DNA from: a virus
Lineage: Duplodnaviria; Caudoviricetes
Reading direction: 5' to 3' (one strand)
Length of the DNA stretch: 41,043 nt
IMG/VR virus record: IMGVR_UViG_3300037419_002305
Coordinates: 1-41,043 of that record
Shown: positions 27,401-35,585 of the stretch, piece by piece
Position numbering within the stretch: the first letter of the stretch is position 1
How the letters are laid out: each line of letters opens with the position of its first letter
The notes under the pieces: generated by a model
Database searches by the model: none
What the model was told of the DNA's origin: nothing
The model's input: only the letters and a program-made list of their open reading frames with translations
Program-made: the position numbers and the translations under genes

Positions 27401-27643
27401 ATGCATCTAACCGAAGTATATACCTTGGAGTACAGCGTCCTTCAGCACTGCTACCACATAGACACCCTGGATAAAACCCTGAAGAACAACCTAAGCGCCG
27501 TAGATAGGGAGTTAAACAACGGCTACTTAATCATAGGCATATTTAAAAACTATGAAGCCGCCTATGACTTCATGCAGTACCACCGACAGCACAGAAGGTT
27601 AAGCCAGTATAGGGTGAATGGAAACGGAGAAATCGGTTATTAA
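27401..27643 (+). CDS. hypothetical protein
   Basis: ORF in operon. Confidence 0.55.
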   Translation: MHLTEVYTLEYSVLQHCYHIDTLDKTLKNNLSAVDRELNNGYLIIGIFKNYEAAYDFMQYHRQHRRLSQYRVNGNGEIGY

Positions 27644-27655
27644 AAAACTAAAGCT

Positions 27656-27970
27656 ATGACCCCAAATCAAATCCTACAAGTCGTCTGTAATCACTTTGGT
27701 GTAAGTAGGGAAGACTTAAAAAGGCGCTGCCGTAAACAGCAGTACATCAAACCACGATTTACCGCCTGTTACCTTTTGTACCGATACACGGATTTGAACT
27801 ATCGGCAAATTATGGAACTACTGTACCCTTACCTCAACCCAGGCAATAATCATGACGTACCCATTTATGCCGTAAAAGTGGTTGAACACTGCCTTGTAAC
27901 CCAAACATGGATTTATGAGCAGGTGCAGGAGCTTGAAGAAATAATTCAACCAATGAAAAAAGCCAGCTAA
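27656..27970 (+). CDS. DnaA C-terminal-like HTH protein
   Basis: ILQVVCNHFGVS..DL...R......PR..A.YL...YT.L....I. Confidence 0.75.
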   Translation: MTPNQILQVVCNHFGVSREDLKRRCRKQQYIKPRFTACYLLYRYTDLNYRQIMELLYPYLNPGNNHDVPIYAVKVVEHCLVTQTWIYEQVQELEEIIQPMKKAS

Positions 27971-28248
27971 TGATAATCGAAATCTATTTAAACCAAAAGC
28001 TAATCGGGGAGCACCAAGTGCCCGCTTACAATCTTCCTAATTGGTCAGGGGATTCGTGGGAGCAGAACTGTGAGCGCCGGGAGCGGATCATTCAAAAGGA
28101 ACTCGAATCAATCAAAGAGGAGCTAAAGCCGCTTATGAAAAGCTACCTGTTCAAAGAATCGGTGCAGCTCTCCTTTGCCCTTTGTTTTGAATCGAAGATG
28201 AATAAGGCGGGATTTGTAGCAAAGGAAAACCTATTAAAAGCCAGCTAA
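27970..28248 (+). CDS. hypothetical protein
   Basis: TAATG coupling. Confidence 0.55.
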   Translation: MIIEIYLNQKLIGEHQVPAYNLPNWSGDSWEQNCERRERIIQKELESIKEELKPLMKSYLFKESVQLSFALCFESKMNKAGFVAKENLLKAS

Positions 28249-28251
28249 CCT

Positions 28252-28638
28252 ATGAAACTAACCGACCTGGAAAAACTAAAACAAAAAGGGCTGATTCGAG
28301 GCTTTGAACAGACCGGGAAAGCGGAAAATCGCAATAAGTACGGGGCCAAAAAAACGCAAGTGGACGGCGTAGTGTTTGACAGCCAACGGGAGGCGAATAG
28401 GTATATCCAGCTTCGCTACCTGTTGACTTTAGGGGAGATAAGAGAGTTGAACTTACAGGTCGCCTTTGAACTCAATGAGGGCGGCACCCACTCTCTTAGG
28501 TATGTAGCGGATTTTACCTACTACACCAAAGACGGGGAATACGTAGTGGAAGATTCCAAAGGATTTCGCACCAAGGAGTACCGCAAAAAACGAAAGCTAA
28601 TGAAGGAAGTTTTAGGAATTGAGGTTCGGGAGGTGTAG
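28252..28638 (+). CDS. DUF1064 family PD-(D/E)XK nuclease
   Basis: NKYGAKKT.VDG..FDS..EA.RY, YVADF.Y, VVEDSKG. Confidence 0.88.
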   Translation: MKLTDLEKLKQKGLIRGFEQTGKAENRNKYGAKKTQVDGVVFDSQREANRYIQLRYLLTLGEIRELNLQVAFELNEGGTHSLRYVADFTYYTKDGEYVVEDSKGFRTKEYRKKRKLMKEVLGIEVREV

Positions 28639-28753
28639 GATTATGGCAGGAGTGCCCGAATTCGCTAATACGTGGCGGCAAATTTCGCCTCAAATTAAAA
28701 AATAGGGTTAGACCACACACGTAGACCCAAAAACGCTTAAAAACGAAAAATAT

Positions 28754-29191
28754 ATGAAACTAACAACTACTGAATTAATCGGTATACTGGAACAAAAGCC
28801 AGTCTTAGCCCATGAAATGGAAATTAAAGAAGTATTCGCCCTGCTTGGCTTTAAGTTAAAAGAATACTACAAAGCGGCTTTAAGTGCCTTTCAATCTTAC
28901 GAAGTGCATTATCGAAGAACGTATCTGGTAAAGGTGCAGGTGGATGATAGCCGGTGCTTGTCCCTGTCCAATGAGTATATAGACTTTGGCGAGGGTTGCC
29001 ACGGTGTAAGTTATGGTGGAGTGGGTACAGTTAAGGAACTGCTGCAAACGGTCATTTTGATGGCGCAGCAACTACGCAGTGATTACCGGGGCGTGGCCTA
29101 TTTCAATGAAGAAGAAAGCGAATATACCGAATCGGAATACCGGGAACTAATTGAAACGTTGAACGAAAAGCTGTTTGAAGAAGCTCAATAG
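28754..29191 (+). CDS. hypothetical protein
   Basis: Stop codon is the TAG of a repeat copy. Confidence 0.65.
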   Translation: MKLTTTELIGILEQKPVLAHEMEIKEVFALLGFKLKEYYKAALSAFQSYEVHYRRTYLVKVQVDDSRCLSLSNEYIDFGEGCHGVSYGGVGTVKELLQTVILMAQQLRSDYRGVAYFNEEESEYTESEYRELIETLNEKLFEEAQ

Positions 29192-29254
29192 CGATCCAAA
29201 AGTACAAGTGTGCGACGCAAGGGACGCTTCATAGTAGCACCCAAGGCTCAGTAC
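29189..29254 (+). repeat. dispersed cassette-end repeat, right-type copy 9 (no partner seen)
   Basis: tagcgatcc...caagtgtgcgacgcaag...atagtag...gctcagtac. Confidence 0.85.
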
Positions 29255-29290
29255 CCAAATAATTAACCTAAAAAAATATAAGTATACGTT

Positions 29291-29752
29291 ATGACCAAAG
29301 AACAAATCCAACAGATAGAAGAAGGGAACCGACTAATCGCCGCCTTCATGGAAGTAGCGCCTGAAATTGAATATTGTGTGGGCAGCAAAGAAAAGGATTC
29401 GATTTGCTACAGTCCCAAATTATGCTACTTCGACACCCCTTACAGGCAGGAGATTGAATGTGAGCGGTTTCTAAGAGAACAGGCCACAAAATACCCCAAC
29501 GGATGGGTAACGAAAGAAGGTTATACGACCATAAAATTTGAGTGGTTCCCACGGTATGATAAGGATTGGAATGCACTTATTCCAGCCTGCCATAAATGGG
29601 ACAATCTAAATGAATTTTTAGGCAATCCAGAATACGAGCAAAGGTGTGACGAGTTAGACCGGATGGCCTCCCTTTATGAAATTGAACCCTTATGGACAGT
29701 ATTGGTAGAAAATATAAAATGGTTGAACCAACAAACTCAAAACAATGGATAA
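29291..29752 (+). CDS. conserved phage hypothetical protein
   Basis: N.LIA.FM...Y..DWN.L.P...I.W.N pattern. Confidence 0.65.
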   Translation: MTKEQIQQIEEGNRLIAAFMEVAPEIEYCVGSKEKDSICYSPKLCYFDTPYRQEIECERFLREQATKYPNGWVTKEGYTTIKFEWFPRYDKDWNALIPACHKWDNLNEFLGNPEYEQRCDELDRMASLYEIEPLWTVLVENIKWLNQQTQNNG

Positions 29753-30053
29753 GAAAACAACCGATATAAACGAACAGCCTGCACGGGTTTTCTCAATTAA
29801 ACATAAGAAATCTGGCTGCCTGCACAAGACCGTCACTTTGGACATGGAAAGCCGTCAGGTAATCTGCGACCAGTGCGAGCGGATGATCGACCCTTTTGAT
29901 TTTTTATTCAGTAATGCCGTGGAAGAAAGCTCCGCCCTTGCCTGTTTTATGCACCTTCTAAGGGAAAAACAAAAATTGGAAGCCGAAGTCTCGCGTCTTA
30001 AAAAGCAAAAAGTATTTCTCACCTCTCAAAAAAGCAAGCACAATGGACACTAA
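29745..30053 (+). CDS. hypothetical protein with Zn-ribbon (CxxC) and coiled coil
   Basis: CLH...VICDQCERMIDPFD. Confidence 0.65.
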   Translation: MDKKTTDINEQPARVFSIKHKKSGCLHKTVTLDMESRQVICDQCERMIDPFDFLFSNAVEESSALACFMHLLREKQKLEAEVSRLKKQKVFLTSQKSKHNGH

Positions 30054-30690
30054 AGCAATCCAACAGTTAGCCGAACAACTGGCTAAGGAACAATTTCCCG
30101 ATGATACCTGGGGACGAAAGGTATGGTCTGACGGGTTTGAGGCCGGAGCCGCCGCTGCCTCCCCCGTCAAAAATGTAGAAGTTGACAAAGAAAAGAAGAA
30201 ATGGTCATTCGAATCCAAGATAGAACCCGTAGCTGATACAGGCGACTATGATAGTTATGTTCGCTTTACCAATGGTTATGAATGTCTACAAACGGATGGA
30301 TATAACCTTACAGACGATCAATGTAAGCAATTCTGTGAGCTATTGAATTTAATGCCGGATTTATGGTCGCATCGTTTGGATGCAACCGAATGGGAATTAT
30401 CGCAATTAAAACAACAGTTAGCCGCTAAGGAGGAAGCCCCGGCCCCGCAAGCTATCCCCTCCGCAGGAGTTAAAGAGAAACTTGTAAACTATGGGGAAAA
30501 GAGAAATGTAGTTGTTGAAAGCGCAGACAAAGATGTAATTATTTGTATAGATAAATCAACAAATGAAGGCTTTATCCTTATGTATCATGGTCTGAAAGTT
30601 CTGCCAAAAGCGGGGGATAAAGGAACAATCGTTTTTGAGCGGGACAATAGGAAAGGACACTGGCAGTATTATTCAAAAACATCAAAATAA
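30043..30690 (+). CDS. mosaic hypothetical protein
   Basis: Segments joined by the EEAPAPQAIP linker. Confidence 0.6.
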   Translation: MDTKAIQQLAEQLAKEQFPDDTWGRKVWSDGFEAGAAAASPVKNVEVDKEKKKWSFESKIEPVADTGDYDSYVRFTNGYECLQTDGYNLTDDQCKQFCELLNLMPDLWSHRLDATEWELSQLKQQLAAKEEAPAPQAIPSAGVKEKLVNYGEKRNVVVESADKDVIICIDKSTNEGFILMYHGLKVLPKAGDKGTIVFERDNRKGHWQYYSKTSK

Positions 30691-30696
30691 ACCAAT

Positions 30697-31548
30697 ATGT
30701 TACAACCTAAAGATCGTGCGGAATATAACAGACAGCAAAAGCTAAAGGAGGCACCTTGCTACCGGGTAATTGCAGATTATCCCGATAACAAAGATTTCCC
30801 TGTCGGCAAAATCGTAACATTTAGACGGTGGAACAACAGTACCATTTATTGGGAACACGTTGTAAAAGATTGTCAGGGAGAAAGAAGTTGGCTATCTGGT
30901 TGGTTTGACCAATACCCCCACATTTTCCAGAAAATCAATGAGGAAGCCCCGCAAGCTATCCCCCAAACCGATGTGGAAGGCTACGATAAGGACGTAGAAA
31001 AAAGGCTACTCTCTATGATGGAGGAAAAGCCGCAAAGGTTACTGATGTACTTCTTATCCATCGTAGGCAGGGAGATTGTCAAAATCAATGCAACTGATTT
31101 AGAGTTAAGTCAGCACATGGATATTGAGGGCAGTCGGTATAAGGTAAAAGCCGAATGTTCAATTGAACCATTAGCCAGCCTAAGAGGAAAAGAGGAGGGG
31201 GAGCTACAACCCTGTTGCGCCAATTCCTGCGATGGATTTAAGTGCGAAAGCGGAAGTGTTCACTTAATTGATAACCCAAACAAAGAAGAAAGGGATTATG
31301 TAGCCAGCGACAACAATTCTAATGGAACTGCGGTTGCGTCGCACACTGCATCGTCCGGTAATTCTATGGAGCAATACTTAAAGCGGCGAATAAAGGAATT
31401 AAACGAGGCTGATGCCAAATTCTGCCATGACCGTTGGGATAACCCGGCAGCGGATTCTTTTTTAAAAATGCTTTCGAGAGAAGAAAGCAACAAGGTCACA
31501 TTTGCCCGGCAGGAATTAGAAACAGTTTTAAAAATGCTTAATCAATAA
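30697..31548 (+). CDS. mosaic hypothetical protein, probable fusion through a repeat copy
   Basis: EEAPQAIP linker; repeat in frame at 31294-31366; in-frame ATG at 31366. Confidence 0.6.
   Translation: MLQPKDRAEYNRQQKLKEAPCYRVIADYPDNKDFPVGKIVTFRRWNNSTIYWEHVVKDCQGERSWLSGWFDQYPHIFQKINEEAPQAIPQTDVEGYDKDVEKRLLSMMEEKPQRLLMYFLSIVGREIVKINATDLELSQHMDIEGSRYKVKAECSIEPLASLRGKEEGELQPCCANSCDGFKCESGSVHLIDNPNKEERDYVASDNNSNGTAVASHTASSGNSMEQYLKRRIKELNEADAKFCHDRWDNPAADSFLKMLSREESNKVTFARQELETVLKMLNQ
31294..31366 (-). repeat. dispersed cassette-end repeat, left-type copy 10
   Basis: gattatg-tagccagc...cta...ggttgcgtcgcacac...gtaattcta. Confidence 0.85.
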
Positions 31549-31568
31549 TAAAATAAAACAGTCCATAA

Positions 31569-31844
31569 ATGAGCAAACAATACCAATACGTAAAAGTGGC
31601 CGTGGATCGCCGGGATTACTTAGGCGAAAAGTATTTCCGCTTCAATTTCAATGAAGATACCGTTGTGCAGGTGTGTATGAATCCCGGCTCCATTACCCGA
31701 CGGGGGAAATCAAATATCATCGGTGTATATGTGATTTCCAAAATGACCTTATTGGCAAATTACTTAGGGATGTCGTATGTAGAGCAATGCACCAAAGAGG
31801 AATTTGATAGCAAGTTTAATGAGGTTGTAAACTTTTTAAAATAG
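31569..31844 (+). CDS. hypothetical protein
   Basis: A-rich start. Confidence 0.6.
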   Translation: MSKQYQYVKVAVDRRDYLGEKYFRFNFNEDTVVQVCMNPGSITRRGKSNIIGVYVISKMTLLANYLGMSYVEQCTKEEFDSKFNEVVNFLK

Positions 31845-31868
31845 TCACCAATAAAAATCAAAATAAAC

Positions 31869-32141
31869 ATGGGAGATTTCAGAATCATCATTGATGCCGT
31901 TGGCGGTCACGGTCAAGACCGGAAAAAGAAAGACGGCGAGACAGTAAACTTTGCAGAAGGTGGTGCCTCAGCCCCCGAAGTCATTGCAAAGGCTTTGGTT
32001 TCTGCTCTATTGGGGTCGGGCTGTTCCGTTCAATCAGCCAAAGTAATTCACTGGCCGGCAGATAATTACCCTGAAAGCCGGGATGCTGAAAAGCAGATTG
32101 TAGACGACCTATTAACCGGTAAAAGAAAAGGGAATTTCTAA
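31869..32141 (+). CDS. hypothetical protein
   Basis: A-rich start; MGDFRI.I.AVGGHG. Confidence 0.65.
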   Translation: MGDFRIIIDAVGGHGQDRKKKDGETVNFAEGGASAPEVIAKALVSALLGSGCSVQSAKVIHWPADNYPESRDAEKQIVDDLLTGKRKGNF

Positions 32142-32314
32142 TGCAGACAACCTATCCTATCGGGGGCTATGCCCCCGGTAATTACCAAAACAAATGCTGC
32201 ACTTGTGGGGAACTCTTTATTGGTGATAAAAGAGCCGTACAGTGTGAACCCTGCGCGACTAAGATGATAAGCGATAAGGACGTACAAGAGAGTGACACAA
32301 CGAAAGCCCCATAG
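32141..32314 (+). CDS. small Zn-binding protein (57 aa), not in ORF track
   Basis: GYAPGNY...CCTC...F.GDKRA..C..CA; TAATG coupling; ends SDKDVQESDTTKAP in the repeat. Confidence 0.7.
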   Translation: MQTTYPIGGYAPGNYQNKCCTCGELFIGDKRAVQCEPCATKMISDKDVQESDTTKAP

Positions 32315-32333
32315 TAGCAGTGCAGCCGGTAAC
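32269..32333 (+). repeat. dispersed cassette-end repeat, right-type copy 11
   Basis: aagcgataaggacgtacaagagagtgacacaac...atagtag...gccggtaac. Confidence 0.85.
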
Positions 32334-32362
32334 CCAATTAAAAACCTAAAATAAAAAGAGCA

Positions 32363-32605
32363 ATGGAACCCTTAGAAAAGTCAATCAATCAAACCGACCA
32401 GGCAATTAACATGGTCAAACAAACCATAGAGATCGCCAATAGGTTAAAGGCAGAAAAAGAAGCGTTAAGGGCCGAGAACACCCGACTAAGGGAGGCGCTG
32501 CAATTTATTGCCAAAGATGATGATTGGCAGATATATGACGCCGTAGATGCCGACTTTAAGCTAATGAGAGAAATGGTTAAAGCCACCCTAAAATCAACCC
32601 TTTAA
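32363..32605 (+). CDS. hypothetical coiled-coil protein
   Basis: LRAENTRLREAL. Confidence 0.6.
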   Translation: MEPLEKSINQTDQAINMVKQTIEIANRLKAEKEALRAENTRLREALQFIAKDDDWQIYDAVDADFKLMREMVKATLKSTL

Positions 32606-32622
32606 ACTAAACTAAAAAGCAT

Positions 32623-32844
32623 ATGACTCAGGAAAAAACATGGCTCATTATCAACTTCTATCATGGCAATGCAATGATAGAAGCCACTTTAAATTATAAA
32701 ACAAAGGACTACTACCTAACCCACGGAAGCAACGACCGAAACGTAACCTTCGGCAACAATGGGGATGATATTCAATCCTCCCTTGACAGGGTCAAATGCG
32801 TGACCGCCGCCCTGAAATTCATTAAAGAGGAATTATTTGCTTAA
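32623..32844 (+). CDS. hypothetical protein
   Basis: A-rich start. Confidence 0.6.
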   Translation: MTQEKTWLIINFYHGNAMIEATLNYKTKDYYLTHGSNDRNVTFGNNGDDIQSSLDRVKCVTAALKFIKEELFA

Positions 32845-32877
32845 GTACCGAACCTATTAAACTAAAAAAACAAGTAT

Positions 32878-33156
32878 ATGGAAATAACAATTAGGAAGAA
32901 GCTCTGGCTTGCCTACCAGGACGTTTACTTAGATGAAAACACGAGAATCTCTTATGGATGGCATTTTTTAGAATTAGGTAACAGCTACCACCTCCAACGA
33001 AAAATCAACGGCAAATGGAGAAAGGTAGCCTGGACTTATTTTGGCGGAACTGTGGAAAGTATTTACGGCTATTTGCTTCAAAGAGAAAAAAAACACCAAA
33101 AACCAACATCAGCCTATAAAGGTCTGTCGATTAGAATTACCGAACGCCCCAAGTGA
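32878..33156 (+). CDS. hypothetical protein
   Basis: A-rich start; ends in a repeat copy. Confidence 0.55.
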   Translation: MEITIRKKLWLAYQDVYLDENTRISYGWHFLELGNSYHLQRKINGKWRKVAWTYFGGTVESIYGYLLQREKKHQKPTSAYKGLSIRITERPK

Positions 33157-33198
33157 GTGACACAACAGACGCTTAATAGAATTACCGAACCCTGATAC
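33132..33198 (+). repeat. dispersed cassette-end repeat, hybrid copy 12
   Basis: tagaattaccgaac...gtgagtgacacaac...tagaattaccgaac-cctgatac. Confidence 0.8.
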
Positions 33199-33267
33199 CA
33201 AAACAATACCTAACCAATTCGTAAGAACCGCTTATTAGAAAACAATCAAAAACAATTCTTTACAGCT

Positions 33268-33573
33268 ATGAACCAGCAGACCACCGACTATGAACAGACT
33301 TTAGGCCATCTTTTATCCTGCCAGACCCAAAACGACCCGGACAAGTGGAGAAAACCCGCCCTAAGCACCTTAGAAGACTTAGACCCCTTGGACAAAAACA
33401 TCCTTCGCCACGTATCCTTAGGACTACCCTATAAGCAGATCGCCCAAAAGGTGTACCTCTCCGTTCCCGGCATCAAGTACCGCATCCGGGACTTAAAAGA
33501 AAAGACCGGCTGCCGAAACCTATCAGAGCTGGTCACCTACTTTAAGGACACCCTGGATACGCTCGCCGCCTGA
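33268..33573 (+). CDS. LuxR/GerE-type HTH regulator
   Basis: ILRHVSLGLPYKQIAQKVYLS...IKYRI..LKEKTGC.N..ELV. Confidence 0.8.
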   Translation: MNQQTTDYEQTLGHLLSCQTQNDPDKWRKPALSTLEDLDPLDKNILRHVSLGLPYKQIAQKVYLSVPGIKYRIRDLKEKTGCRNLSELVTYFKDTLDTLAA

Positions 33574-33812
33574 AAAAAAGTCTATCCCTGAACTATACCG
33601 CCTTAGCTTTCACACCCCTAGAGGGCAGGGTAACTTTATACTCACAAACCACCAAAGAAAAGCGCCTGTACTCCAGAAGGGTGCAGCCGTAAACATAAAT
33701 GACCACCTACTACCTCCATGCAGCTACAGCAGTATGCCCCGTTCTCTTTTGCGGGGCATGGTCATCTGCACCCCTTATCCCTTCACGTCAAAATAACGCT
33801 AATTAACGCTAT

Positions 33813-34100
33813 ATGGCCAGAGGTAAACCATTTGATGCGGAACGGGCTAAAAAAGCAAGGGCGAGCGCCAAACCAAGAGGTAAGAATAAGAAAACATTAC
33901 TCATAGATTCTTTTGCCAAATCCATCTGTGACGGTGGCATGGAAAAGTTTCAGCAGGAATTAGATAAACTGGAAGGCAAAGAGTATATCAATGCCTTCCT
34001 ACAGCTCTTTGAATACGTAAAGCCAAAATTATCCCGCATGGAAATGAAGGCCGATGTAAAAGCCACAGTTAAAAAAGTGGGGTATGGAAAGGAGGTGTAA
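33813..34100 (+). CDS. terS: terminase small subunit (putative)
   Basis: Small basic ORF (PRGKNKKT...YVKPKLS) immediately before terL. Confidence 0.65.
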   Translation: MARGKPFDAERAKKARASAKPRGKNKKTLLIDSFAKSICDGGMEKFQQELDKLEGKEYINAFLQLFEYVKPKLSRMEMKADVKATVKKVGYGKEV

Positions 34101-35573
34101 ATGTACTATGACTTCAGCCCCTACCTGTTTAACCCGCTTTACTGGCACTTGCTCCCCCTGCTACGGGATGAGAAGATAAGGTATATCTATTTGGAGGGGG
34201 GATCATCAGCCGCCAAAACCTATACGGTCTGCCAGGCGTTGAGTGTGGATATGTACGAACACGAATACTCCACGATGGCCTTTCGGCGCTTTCAGATCAA
34301 TATTCCAGATTCGGTGTATGCCTCCTTTAAGGCCGCGATCAAAGGGCTTCAGATGGATGATTATTACACGCCCCAGCAGTTTTTGATAAAGGGGGAAGAC
34401 GATAAGGCCCGGATTCGCTTTCGTGGGCTGGACGACGAGGAAAATATTAAGGGGATTGAAGATTTCCAGGTGGTGTATAACAACGAGTGGAGCCAGTTCA
34501 CCGAGGAGCATTGGAGCCAGCAGCGTAAAAGGCTTAGGGGAAAGCCCAACCAGAAGTTTATCTGTGACTGGAACCCGATCTCGTCCAAGTTGTGGCAGTA
34601 CGAAAACTGGCTGGATCAGGACCAGTGGACGGACCTGCCCCTGCACATCGAAGGAAAGAAGTACAGCCAGCTAAACCCGGAATTCTCTTTTAAGCGGATC
34701 AACAAAAAAGGCAATTCCGTATGGCTCAAAGTCACCTTCCGGGATAATTATTGGATCGTGGGGCATCCTAACGGGAAGTATGGGTTTAGGGATCAGCATA
34801 CTTTGGATGACTTCGAGCATGACCGCATCCATAAGCCCAACCTGTACCGGGTCTATGCCAACGGGGAAAGGGGTATTCTAAGGACCGGCGGGGAATTCTG
34901 GAAGCAGTTTGATGAAACCAGGCACGTTCGACCGCTCAAGGTAGAAAAGACCACCCTGCACATCTCCCTGGATGAAAACGTGATGCCTTATGTAACGATT
35001 GGGTGCTGGCAGTACTTAAAAGAGAAAAAAGAGTTTCGACAGGTGCATGAGATACCGTGTAAGCAACCCTCGAACAACGCCCCCAAAGCAGCCGGTGAGC
35101 TGGTGAAGTGGCTTAGGCAGGTGGATTACCAGGATGTGGTGTATATCTATGGCGACCCGTCGAGCAGCAAGCGCAGCACCATTGACCCGAACAACAGTTC
35201 TTTTTATGACAAGTTCATTGAAGTACTTAGAACGGCAGGCTTTCAGGTTGTGAACAGGGTAGCCCGCTCCGCCCCCGAAGTGGCCCTTAGTGCCGCCTTT
35301 ATCAACGAGATCTATGAAAACAACCTATATGGTTATTCTATTGTGATAGCGGATCATTGCCGGGTAAGCATAGACGACTACTGCACGGTGAAGGAAGACC
35401 GAGACGGGACCATGCTAAAGCTAAAAGTTAAGGATCCGGTGACGGAGCAGACCTATGAACCCAACGGGCACTATTCAGACCAAAAGCGGTACTTCCTGAT
35501 CAAGATGTTGGAAGTAGAATTCAACCAGTATAAATCCAGGGGCAAAAAACTGCCCATTTCCGTACCCAGATAA
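34101..35573 (+). CDS. terL: terminase large subunit (PBSX-like)
   Basis: GGSSAAKT, F.GLDD.E.IKG, NP coupling motif, nuclease region YGDPS and H..D..RY. Confidence 0.88.
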   Translation: MYYDFSPYLFNPLYWHLLPLLRDEKIRYIYLEGGSSAAKTYTVCQALSVDMYEHEYSTMAFRRFQINIPDSVYASFKAAIKGLQMDDYYTPQQFLIKGEDDKARIRFRGLDDEENIKGIEDFQVVYNNEWSQFTEEHWSQQRKRLRGKPNQKFICDWNPISSKLWQYENWLDQDQWTDLPLHIEGKKYSQLNPEFSFKRINKKGNSVWLKVTFRDNYWIVGHPNGKYGFRDQHTLDDFEHDRIHKPNLYRVYANGERGILRTGGEFWKQFDETRHVRPLKVEKTTLHISLDENVMPYVTIGCWQYLKEKKEFRQVHEIPCKQPSNNAPKAAGELVKWLRQVDYQDVVYIYGDPSSSKRSTIDPNNSSFYDKFIEVLRTAGFQVVNRVARSAPEVALSAAFINEIYENNLYGYSIVIADHCRVSIDDYCTVKEDRDGTMLKLKVKDPVTEQTYEPNGHYSDQKRYFLIKMLEVEFNQYKSRGKKLPISVPR

Positions 35574-35585
35574 AACGAAAAAACC

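Noticed and set aside
8208-33198. Dispersed repeats as a CRISPR array
   Set aside because: Copies are hundreds to thousands of bases apart, in both orientations and degenerate, and no cas genes are present.
8208-33198. Dispersed repeats as canonical integron attC sites
   Set aside because: No RYYYAAC...GTTRRRY full-length palindrome; copies occur as inverted pairs rather than a direct array; the integrase looks like a phage arm-binding type.
33718-33906. 62-aa ORF overlapping terS
   Set aside because: Overlaps the better-supported terS frame and a hairpin-rich intergenic region.
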